Origin: Mizuhopecten yessoensis
Taxonomy: Eukaryota
Direction: 5' to 3'
Assembly: GCF_002113885.1 (NCBI RefSeq)
Contig: NW_018408895.1
Span: forward strand, 719,724-783,723
Length of the DNA: 64,000 nt
Under the pieces are notes generated by a model. That model saw only the letters and a program-made list of their open reading frames with translations. It was not told where the DNA came from and made no database searches. How positions within the stretch are numbered: the stretch's first letter is position 1; each line of letters starts with the position of its first letter. Shown here one piece after another: positions 25,291 through 47,900 of this stretch. Position numbers and translations under genes: made by a program.

Positions 25291-28200
25291 TCACAAGGTC
25301 ATTGTAAAATTGATCTTAAATCTTTGACTGTTCGGTGAAGAATTGTCTTTGACAGCCTGAAGTATTAGCTCAATCCTGCCCAGATAGGACACCAGTTTGA
25401 AGTTGCTTTGTGGCGGATAACGAGTTCTGGACGACACCTGGTGGCTATGCTGTGGACTCTCTTTTCTGTCTAGTATGACCACGAGCTCTCCATCTGGCTT
25501 CCTCTGGCAAAGTCGGACACCAGTGTACTGGGGATCAACAAAGCACCTGGAAGTTATACAATGAGGCTGTTCTATTATCTAAAGTTCAAAGGTCACAACA
25601 ATACGGTTATGCCAAACTCTGTCATTACTAAAATTTACCACAGAGGGATATTTTGATATGTTGATTACCAAGAATGTACATTTTGAAGATAAAACACATA
25701 TGGAATTGGAGGGATAAGAAACTTTTGCATATCCAGAACAGTCTTACCAATGTAGAACAGTTTATGCTGTATAGGCATCTTACTTGAAATCCTGTCCAGT
25801 GTCTGCATATCTGAAGATAACTTGGAGGTCACCACGTGGTCGAACCCACAGCAGATGTCCAGTGTCGCTGGTCAGCTCCGCTGTCCCCACGAAGTAGCCA
25901 CTGGAGTAAACATTAGGACTTCATAGGTTCATAACTCTAACTTGTATTTGGTATGTTAGCAAGGTCTAATATTGCAATATAGTCTTTTCAATAATTCAGT
26001 ATCTAATTCAGTATATAATTAATCATTTGAAAATTGACTGTCAAAAACATATGTAATTTCTGCACACAATATTGATGTCTTTTACGAGGTTGATATTTTA
26101 GCTCACCTGGTCCGAAGGACCAAGGTGAGCTTATGCCATACTTTGGCGTCCGTAGTGCGTCCGTCCGTCTATACGTACGTCAACAATTTCTTTAAACAAC
26201 TTCTTCTTCTTAACAACTGATTGGAATTCAACTAAATTTGACTGGAAGCATCTCTAGGTGGTGGGGATTCAAAATTGTTCAAATGCTGTGGCTGATCCCC
26301 CAGGGGGCTGAGGGGTGGTGCCAAAAGGGAGCAATTTGGCTATATTGCTATTAACGACTTCTTCTGTAGACTTTTGCCATGGATTATCAATCATATTTGA
26401 TCTAAAGCATTCATGGGAGGCAGGGATTCAAAATTGAACAAATAGTGGGGCTGAGGGGCGGGGCCAAAAGGGGGTAATTTGGCTATATTGCTACGGTTAA
26501 GGGGTGGGGCCAAACAAATTTATTACCCGGAAATGGTTGAGATCCCTACCATACAACCATATATACAATTGCTGAGTGTAAAAAGAAGAATACACATTTG
26601 CTTCCAGTATGGCCCTAGGGTTTGGCCCCACTCTTGGAGACATCGTCCCTGGGTCATAACTTTGAAATGGTTGAGATCCCCACCCCAAAACTATATATAC
26701 AAATGCTGGGCATAAAGAGACGAATGAAGTCATGATATTAGAATAGAACCTGGGGTCTGAACAAACCCCTAGGGACCTAGTTTCTTTGTCACAGCTTGGA
26801 AACAGTTGAGATCCCTACCCTATAATCATATATACAATTGCTGAGTATAAAGAAATGAATGCACATATGCTTCCAGGATGGCGTTTGGGTCTGCCCCACC
26901 CTTGGAGACTTAACCCCTGGGTCATAACTTTGAAATGATTAAAATCCCCACCCCAAAACTATATATGCAATTGTTGGGCATAAAGAGAGGAATGCAGTCA
27001 TGATATTAGAATTGATCCTGGGGTCTGGCCACAACCCTAGGGACCTAGTTTCTAAACGAGTCACAGCTTGGAAGCAGTTGAGATCCCCACCCCATAACCA
27101 TAAATTAAATTGCTGGGCATGAAAAATCTAATACAGATATGCTACAAGGATTGGTCTTGGGGTCTGGCATGTTACCTTGGATATCATTTGGAGAATATTT
27201 TGCCATGATTGCTTAGATATCCAGGTGAGCGATACAGGCCCTCTTGGCCTCTGGTTTTAATAATTCATAAAGTAAGAGGTGGAATATAATATGAACTGCT
27301 GTATTTATTCACCAGAAGATAAGGAACTTGTTGGAAGGCCGCAGAAGCTGAGGATTGCATGTCAAATTTACAAGCTGAAAGGTTTACATATATGTACAAA
27401 AATAAGCATCAGAGCTACTTTGTAAAGGTCAAAGGTCAAGGTCACTTGAAGTGCATTTCAGAAATGTTATTTTGAGGTGGATTTTTTGTTAGAAAAATTA
27501 AACAATACACAGCAGTAAGAGATTACATGGAACAGGTGCTTATATATATACACATGAATTTCAGTAACACGATGGTGCTTAAACCATCAAGGATACATCA
27601 TGTTTCTAATGTGATTATACTTACTATCCAACCCAGCGGTTCGGCTTTGCTACAGTTGGGATGTGTTTAGGTGTCAGAGGAAAGTGATACACAGGACTGT
27701 TGTATGGGGTGACATCTAAGTCATTCAAATTCAGCTTAGGAATATCTGGCCATGCTGCAGTTGGTTCATCCTTGCTGCAGTGATCGGTAGCTGTCCTTCC
27801 TGAATGACTTATGACATCATTTGAAGGCTCAAACATTTGTTTTCTGGAAGCAATATTCACTTTTTGTAGACATGGACTCTTGCTTCTAGGACGTCTTTCT
27901 TGTGGACTTTTCAAAGAACTGAAACTTGACTGAGAAGAATTCATAGAAATATCTACACTATCAGAGTTTTCACCACCTTTGTTTTGACCAGTGTCGTTAC
28001 CTTCAGAACTCAATTCTTTGGTGGTATGATATGCTGTGTATTGGTTTAGTCGTGACCTTGGTGTAAACTCCTGTGACCTTGCACTTGGTTCTGACCTTGA
28101 TATAGAATCAGGTGACTTCTGTGTAAAATCATGCAACCTTGCACTTAGATCTGACTGTGATAAAGAATTGTGTGACCTTGGTGTGAAATCCTGTGACCAT

Positions 28201-28586
28201 GACCTTTCTGTACTCCGTTCAGACCTTGATCTAGCATCATTTGACCTTGGAGTCTCTGTCCGATTAAACATCCATTCAGAATCTGAATTCATCCATTTTT
28301 GTCGTAGTCTCCAGGACCCTACACGGTATTTGGAGTTGCCCCAGTAACTGATGTAACTCTGTCTGTCCTGCCCCTTCTGACATTCGGCACATAAGGAGGA
28401 GCGAGTGTATAGGGACCCCCAGTTATAGTATCTCCTGTCCCTCCATAATCTCACACAGGATGCACAGTAGGATCCATCTGAACTGATCGGTGTTGTAATA
28501 CCCGACACTTTGTTATTTGACGAAATATCTTCAGTGTCACACAATTTGAGTAAATTGTTAAAAAGTGGACTGTCACAATGATCCAT
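25291..28586 (-). CDS. Uncharacterised protein, 3 coding exons, 444 aa (Cys-pair N-terminus, Ser/Arg-rich middle, putative globular C-terminus)
   Basis: Exons 28586-27625, 25900-25784, 25546-25291; donors TA|GTAAGT and AA|GTAAGA; phase 2/2 joins keep one open frame of 1335 nt in AT-rich DNA. I do not recognise the family. Confidence 0.75.
26096..27257 (-). mobile_element. Helentron-like non-autonomous element with internal satellite-like repeats, in intron 1 of the uncharacterised gene
   Basis: ttttagctcacctggtccgaaggaccaaggtgagc hairpin, cgtc microsatellite, repeated ggttgagatccc blocks at ~135-bp spacing, end ccaggtgagcgatacaggccctcttggcctctggtt. Confidence 0.75.
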
Positions 28587-31156
28587 GATACCAGACTGTA
28601 TTCTGATTCTGTTAAACTACTGTTTCTGCATGAAGAACCATCTTACACCTTCTAGATCTTTGAACTCTAAACAACATTGAAGGGCTATATACTACATTCT
28701 CAAGCTAAACTATGTAACTACAAATCTGATTTACTACTGCCTTTTAACTAAGAGGCAATCAGTAATCCTATTATATAGATTAAAGATCGGCTAGATTGAC
28801 TGTACAAGTTACTTCACAAGACGATCAACACAATTTGGTTATGATCATAATCCTACTGAGCTGTTTGACCAGTACTTAATCTGGACACAGTCAGATTATA
28901 TGGATTACAGAAATCTTTTGTAGCTTGAAAGTCTGTATTCACTAAACAGATTTTATGCTACATGATTTATCATCAGTCAGATTCAGTGCAAAAATCAAAT
29001 ATCTAATCCAACTTACTTTTGAGCAAAAAACACTTTGTGTAAATAGTACACTGAGCATGTAAGTTCATGTACTAAGTAAACCTTTTCTGAAAATTAGACT
29101 TCCAGATTTACATGCAGGCAATTTTATGTATTTCATTGTACATATTTTACAGTCGGATATATTTCCTATAAATATTTCAGAGATAACACGTGTTCAAAGA
29201 GCATCAGCCAATCAAGTTTGTTTATGTGAAAACATCCAGAAACAACATTTTCCTTAACATTCAGCCTATTTATAGACACTGTAGCCTTGACCTTTGACAT
29301 AGTGACCCCAAAGTGACCAGGCTTCTTTCCTCACCTAAATTTGGTTTACACAGGTTTAGGTTTTCATCCAGAAGCCATTTGTTTCAGATGCTGAGACACA
29401 AAGTGACGACTATATGACTTTGAGCATACAAAACTGCAGTGATGTTGTTATGCTCCATGGAATAAAAGCCAGAGCTGAAGTAGAGATAAAATTAACACTT
29501 CTCTGTTTTGTTTCATTTTATTCACCTTTTTACACACACGTTTTAAAACAAGGATGTTTCTACAAATGTTCTTGCATGCTTCACCCCTTACTAGCTTCAT
29601 CAGCCATGTAGATTTACCCGATGAGTCATTCTTTCTCACTCACTCCATTCTATCACAACTGCATTAAAACTACAACTTAAAATTTGTAATGTGATAATGC
29701 ACTATTCATTGCACAACATCAATATATCTTAATAACATTTCCCTTATTTCAGCAAAGGACTGTTTAATATCTTTATAGATAAGGAAATATATATCTAAAT
29801 AGTCTAGGAAATAATGGGTTTCAAGTCCAGTATGGCTGGTTGGTTGGTATTTTAATACTTAAAAATACTTAAATATTAGGATTCATGAAAATCTAATTAA
29901 TACCACAGTGCTTATATATATTTCAGCAAAACAGGACATGAATCTGATTTACATCAACAGATGTAATAAACCAACTCAAATGTGGAAACTAAAATATTGG
30001 CTTTTGGTATTGCCTACATAATACTTCCTCAATAAATTACTATATACAATTTTCAATACTATGTCTTCCTCCAGATCATTTGTATTCTGTGCTTTAAATG
30101 ACACTTTCATGTCCGAGAATGAATTATGCAATAAGTAAAATGTTTGTCCTTGAATTCAGGATTTAGTGCAGAATTTTGTGTACTGAAGTGGGAAAAAACA
30201 AGCCTGACATTTTATCCATAAACTCTTTGTGAGGAAAGGTTTCTTTCAGATTATTCAGTGAAACAAATTACCACTTGCAAAATTTAGATTTGCAGGGCCA
30301 TTTTTGGGCTTTTCCAAATATTTTGATATCCTCACCCCTCTCTACATTTTTCTTTCCTGGAACCTGGAACCTACAATCCAAATATGCATGATTATTTTTT
30401 AGACTCATACAATACACGTTATTATTTAAACATGCCTTCCTGCTCCCCTCCTCTCTTCAGTACCTCAGATAGCCCTCGTCATACAAAATATTTGCTAAGC
30501 CAGGGTGGTTTTCATTTAACATCATGATGAATAGAAATATCCATCAACACATACCATACTTACTGTAAATACCAAATTTTGGTGAGTATATAAATGTGAT
30601 TAAGTTTGGTTGAAGTTATTTGAATTTGTTGAATTGGTTTATTTAAATGTGAATAAATAGTTATGAGATATTTTAAACTGTATTCTACTCACTTTTTGAA
30701 TTAATGTGACTGTATAGTTTGTTGGGGCAGCAGTGGTCGGTTAACTCTGATTTAGAGTAAGCATCACTTCATAATAGGCTGTCACCATTAAAACACCATT
30801 TACTTTTGGACTAAATACCAATCGGATGTGCTGATATTAAAATATTCTGCATGCATGTAATGATACATACCACAATTTTTGAAAAAAAAATGTAATCTGA
30901 ATTTTATTTTTTCTGGACTGAACAAATAGTGTGAACCACAGTGTTCTTATCTGTTTAATTGTGTAAATCCTCAAAGAAACATTCAGAACAACAAAGGTGC
31001 AATCTGTGTAAAACGTTGAGCTACAAGTGATAGAACTTGCATTTCACTAAGTCAATGAAAGCTTGTACATTTGACAGTAGGATTGAGTGAGTATCCAGCA
31101 TCAATGCACTCCTATAAATGGTCCCCTCACACAAGTTGTCGCTCCTCCACGCTCTC

Positions 31157-41680
<10,524 letters not shown>

Positions 41681-41930
41681 GTTTAGGACAATTTCGCAGT
41701 AAATGGAATAATGTCAAAGCCACGATATTCCTTTCCGAATAAAACGTTTGATACTGTTATCAACACAATATGTGTATTAGTACAACTTATCAGATCGTAT
41801 TTAAAGTAATAAAGAAAAATAATTTTGATGTTTCTCCGCGGTTAAAATGCACATGCAACTTCCGGTAAATAAAATAAACACCAGAAAGGCATGAAATTTA
41901 ATTTCCCGATAGAGAAAAGTCCAGTTTGAA
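41681..41930. promoter_or_regulatory. Putative bidirectional promoter KAT5/POLR3F
   Basis: 250 nt between divergent ATGs; ETS-like ACTTCCGG at ~41858. Confidence 0.65.
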
Positions 41931-44900
41931 ATGGCAGCATCCGTAGCGATTAAAGAAGACCCAGATGAAGCCATCGATTTGGAAACAAGGTTGTTAAGTG
42001 TATAGGTGACATGTCACAGAATTTGATATGTCTGCTTTTAGGTTCCTGTCTAGATAGATGATGTTGATCTTGATCTGATGTTAGACTTGCTCAAGTCCTA
42101 ATAATACAAGCAAATCATGTTTGTCTCAATATTTTAGTTTGGCCCCCGGTCAACAATTCATTTGAAACACTTACAGTTCAAAACGGCTGCTGGAGTCTAA
42201 AATGTTTATCTGTGTATGTAATTGCAAAAGGAAAAAAGCTCAACAACACATCTTTAATAGTACTTTTAATTATCTCTTCAACTTAAGGGAGCTTGATCCT
42301 TATATATATATAATCCCTATAATATAAAATCTTATTTAAGCATAGTATACAGTAGTGGTTACTTTCTGTATCATTAACGAATGGATCTTGAAAAAAACAT
42401 GGTGTTGCCCTGAACATCCCTTGATTAAAGAAACTTGCTATAGGTGTTCGTTGATTTCACATATATTAGTAATTATTACATGGCACTGATGGTAGGCATT
42501 GAGTTACCAGTAACTTCATCCATATGAAATGGTCGGATATTTGCTTTCATGGTATCTCTCTGCTTGACTCTTATACTCATGACTTTAGTGAACACTAAGG
42601 GTACATTCGCGTATCCGGTTGAACCTGTAAAGAAAACGACAGGCACAGATCTGGACCAAGGCTGACCTCAGGAAAATTTGGCACGTGTAGATTGAGGGCT
42701 CCAGACGTACCTGATTGAAACTAAAATGCTGACTATTGTTAGTTTGCGTTATTTCTTTCTAAAACAATGTCAAGCCACATGTAGTTTTAAAGATATGTTA
42801 TGTAATTCAGGGGACGCATGGAGGAAGGGCATAATATTCTTGATACATTGTTTTTTATTCTCCGAAACTGTGCAATTTTAGCTCTGCTTATTATGTGAGA
42901 ACGTTCCAAGTGCGTTCGTTTTCTGCGCCACATGTACCGTTTCAACCGGGATATGCGAATGTAGCCTAATTGACCAATACATCTAAAATTAGTCATACAA
43001 ATAACTCTTTATGGTCACAAAACCATAAAACATACAAATATCATCAATAGATACATATATCTTACTTAAAACAATACATAAATGGATCAATCCAACTTGC
43101 GATAACCTAACAATTAAGTTAACACACCTTACAACTTCACACTTGTACATGCTTCAATATGACCTTGACCTCATGGTAAAAGGTCAAATAAATGCAAACT
43201 TTAAAAGAATACCTTGTCCTAGCCATAACTTTTAAACTGTTAAAAATATCATAAAGAAACTAACACCTTCATTACTCAGTGCATTTTCGGTAGGTAACTG
43301 TGACCTTGACCTCAAGCTAGGTAATTATTACAGATCAAATAAGTGCATATTATTTAGTAATATATCTAATCCAGGCTGTAACTTTATACCTTTAAAGATA
43401 TCTTGATGAATCTTGCAGTATGCCTGCACCACCCACAGACTATATATACAATGCCTAAATAAATTGAAGAAAATTGTAGATATACGATTATTTGACTTTA
43501 TTTGTATAAAGTAGTAGGAAAAAACAAATTTTTAGTTAGACAGACTAAATAAAGAATAATTGTGCATAGTCCTAGAGAAAGTCTCTGTCTTATAAGTTTC
43601 TATCATTTAAACACTAAAGGACAAACAATAATAACCATGTATATATTGAAATAAATATGTGGTTGATTTACCCAATTTTAAAACATTTTCCTTTATTTTG
43701 ATTTCCATTCAAATATCACAACTAATAGATGTATAACCGGTAATTGGTTTATTTAAAAAAAAATCTTCTTCATTATCTAGATTCATTGAGCTATGCCAGA
43801 CGTATACAGATGGGATAACAGATGCTATCATACAACAGGAATTTCCTCAGTGTAATGCCAAGCAACGAGTCACTGCCATTAATAGACTACTATCAACGGT
43901 ATGTGCAAGTGTACAACGTGGACCTGCAGGCACACCCATCAACAAACTAGTTTCAGTGACATATTCAAGTACAGGGCCATTAACATCATTTTACTGTGTA
44001 TTTTATGTTACCTGAACTGACCAACGCATTGTCCAAATGGTATTTGTAGGAAAATAATTGAAATATGTTAATTCTTTCAAAAATAATTTCCTTGACAAGC
44101 TTGAAAATGATTTTAACTTGTGACCCCTTGATCTTGAAAGTATGGACCTGATAGTTGTGTTTGACCTTTCAGAATTTGTTGTGACCTTCAGTCCTTGACA
44201 TTTGGGTCAATTTTGGGGTGAGAACCTGAGAGTTGTGTGTACATCTATGAAGTTTCATTATTATGAATTGAGCCATTTAAAAGTTATTTTGGATGATCAA
44301 GGTACAAACCTCTAATTTCCACCGTTCACATTGGGGGGGTCCTTGTTCCTATGGACTCTAAAACTACAGCCTTTTGTTTACACCCTTTGCATTGGCTGCT
44401 CACCTCTTTTAAAGATCAATCTTATGGTCAGTATTTTTATGTCCTGGCATGAAGCGTTGCTGGACATATACTGTTACTCTTGTCTGTACATATGTCTGGT
44501 AAGTTTTGCATTTATGACAGTAATGTGGACTAACTGCAGCTATAGTCACACAACTTCACATGCTACTGCTCCTGAGTACTCAGTGCTGCATGACATTTTG
44601 TAGCATTGACCTGTTACTTTGGCTTCTGCAGTACATCAGTGTCTCACAGACACATTTCTAGTTTGGTATTATCTCTCCTAGCTAAGCTTGAACAGTTGTG
44701 TTCTTGTGATACTGACTCCATACCAGTGAAAGAGATCGGTAATCAGGTTATTCTTCTTCTAGATATACAGTGTATAGTTAATGAGTTTATGTCAACAAAG
44801 TTTGAGTAAAGAATGGCTATCATGGGTAGCGATTGGTTAACTACCTGCAATATATTCAGTTATCTGACTTGCTTTTAGAAGTCATTATATTAAGGAATAT

Positions 44901-47900
44901 ATATTGCATTGAAATGACCATTCAATACTATGTCTGTGTTTACAGGGAAAAGTTGATCTGTTGAAGCGAGGAACAAATCTGGTGTACAAATTAAAGGATC
45001 CAGATGCTGCCAGGTAACAAGCTACTTTCTATGCTAGATTTAAGAACACCAGCTGTATGTGGAATATTCAAGTACACAGCCATCAAGAAACAACTGTTTA
45101 CGGTGGTCCAACATGCTATATTGTTCACTGAAAATACCAAAACCCATATTGATAGATGGATGATTTTGATAGGTCCAAGGAATGGATTTACGATATGTTA
45201 TCTTGCTAAAGGGTTTTAGGGCCACACATTTGGAAACTAATAAAAATAATAATAATTTATCACAACCTAGTTCGTAGGGTATCTCAAAGCGGTTCACAAA
45301 TTATGATCCGTCGTTATAGGGCCTTTGCAACTAGCCAATATCTTTTTCAACTCCCTGGGGAGCATACAGCCGGTGTTGCCATTTCGGCGCTCACAGCTAG
45401 CATTCTACAATTCTTGCACTGCTCAACCACATACTCATTTACAGCTGAGTAGACTGGAACAATATTTACAGCTGAGTAGACTGGAACAAGCAGAGTAAAG
45501 TCTCTTGCTCAAAGATACAACACAGTGCCGTGCCGTGACTCAACCCGCAGACCTACCACTAGACTACCGTGTCTCCTGTATATACCAGTAGTCTCTAGTC
45601 ATCACCTTGTTGCTTTATACATTTTAACCTTTCATTTCAGTCAAACAAAAGGGTCAGACAACCAAGAGAAGTTGGTCTATCAGATAATAAAGGATGCTAG
45701 CAACAAAGGTAATGTAGATGCTTACATTTACTTATTGAACTGATCAGTATAGATAGTATCCTGCAATCAGGTTTAGTGAAATTTCCCTAACAGCATGTAA
45801 CATTGGAGCGCAGGGTACTGATTCACTTTGAAAATATCCTTTTGCCAGTTAATTATACCTTTGTGATGATTTTACACTGGTATAGCTATCTGCCTTTAAT
45901 AATGTTATTGCTTGACAGATTGTAATGAAACTTCACCTTTGCATTCATTACATTCACCTGTTATATGCATCTTCGACTTGTAGGAATAAAAAACATCATT
46001 TCTTTAAGAGAATTTTGGTGTTTTTGCTCTGCATATTAAATTTCTTATCTGAGTGTCCTGAAACTTCAGATACATGTTCACTTGTTACCACTTGTAAAAT
46101 TTTATAATTGATACTGTCATTTTACACAGGAATTTGGATAAGGGACATCAGGTACAAGTGTAACCTATTATTAACACAAGTCAACAAAATACTGAAGAAC
46201 TTAGAGAGCAAGAAATTAATTAAGGCTGTGAAGTCTGTGGCGGTAAGTATACAATTTTCTGGATAATTATTGTAGTAATATTTAGAAAGTTGATAACTCT
46301 GTTATAATAAATACAATGAAGCCATAGTTAAAATTGTATAGAAAGTATGGTCTGTCCTACTTAATTTGGTTTTTCTTGAGATTTTGAACAAAATTATAAT
46401 TGATTTTCACAATTCCTACATAATAGCTCACTTTTTTGATATTTTATGACGGTGTGCTACATTGCAATTTTGCAAAGATGTGATTCAAAGTGGTCTTGCA
46501 GGATTAGAAAACTTTCATCACATAATAATACACTTAAAGTTAGGACAAGTCATAGGTAACTATGCTATTCATCTACAGCTCTAGTTTTACTTGAATTGGG
46601 AATTTTTCCAGGTCAAAAATAAGTTAGTTTTATTTAAACTGAATAAATACTTTCCGGTATATAAATTTGTCCGAGGTATTTATCTTGTACATGATTATTT
46701 TTTGCTGACGTTGTACAAATATTTTTACCTGTTGTAGACTAAGGGTTTTTATCGAGTGTGATTTCGTAGTTTTTCAGTTCTGATATTGCAATTAGAGCCA
46801 AATTAGATAAGACTTGTGAGAATTGGTTGGATAGTTTGTTGTTAAATATAGAGAAGCAGGATGAAGTGGAAAGGACCATTAAATTAATCACTGCACATGG
46901 GTAATATTTGATTCCACCAACATATAACTAGTATCACCTGTGAAAAATCTAGACCTTGAAAAAGGAATATACTTCTAACTCTTTGCCTCACTTTTAGATC
47001 AAGATGAGGTTATGTGAAATATGACAACTGTGTGCTGTAATTGTATAATGTGCCTTACCTAAATGTAACTACAAGGTATATCTGACCACCTTAATTGAAC
47101 TTTTATACTCTGCATAGACCTGGTGTCATTTTGCTGAATTCTCTTTTAAAGAAGAAACAAAAAGAAATTCAAAACTATTTTCCAATTAGGTATTCATCAC
47201 TGATGAACTGAATGTGACCTTTTGGGTTGTTTTGTTTCAATGTTACCTCTCTTTTAGGCCTCCAAGAAGAAGGTCTACATGTTGTACAACTTGGAGCCGG
47301 ACCGGACGGTGACTGGAGGAGCATGGTATAGCGACCAGGACTTTGAGTCAGAATTTGTTGAGGTCCTCAATCAGCAGTGCTTCAAGTATCTGGAGCAAAA
47401 GGTGTGGTATATATGTCCTTAACCTCTCACCCCTTCTATACCATCAAATAGACAGCCTCTCACCCCTTCTGTACCATCAAATAGACAGCCTCTCACCCCT
47501 TCTATACAATCAAATAGACAGCCTCTCACCCTTTCTATACCATCAAATAGACAGCCTCTCACCCGTTCTATACCATCAAATAGACAGCCTCTCGCCCCTC
47601 CTATACCATCAAATAGACATACTCTCGCCCCTCCTATACCATCAAATAGACATACTCTCGCCCCTCCTATACCATCAAATAGACAGCCTCTCGCCCCTCC
47701 TATACCATCAAATAGACAGCCTCTCACCCCTCCTATACCATCAAATAGACAGCCTCTCACCCCGTCTATACCATCAAATAGACAGCCTCTCGCCCCTCCT
47801 ATACCATCAAATAGACATACTCTCGCCCCTCCTATACCATCAAATAGACAGCCTCTCACCCCTCCTATACCATCAAATAGACAGCCTCTCGCCCCTCCTA

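Noticed and set aside
28036-28347. 103-aa plus-strand ORF
   Set aside because: Antisense shadow of the repetitive Ser/Arg-rich exon on the minus strand.
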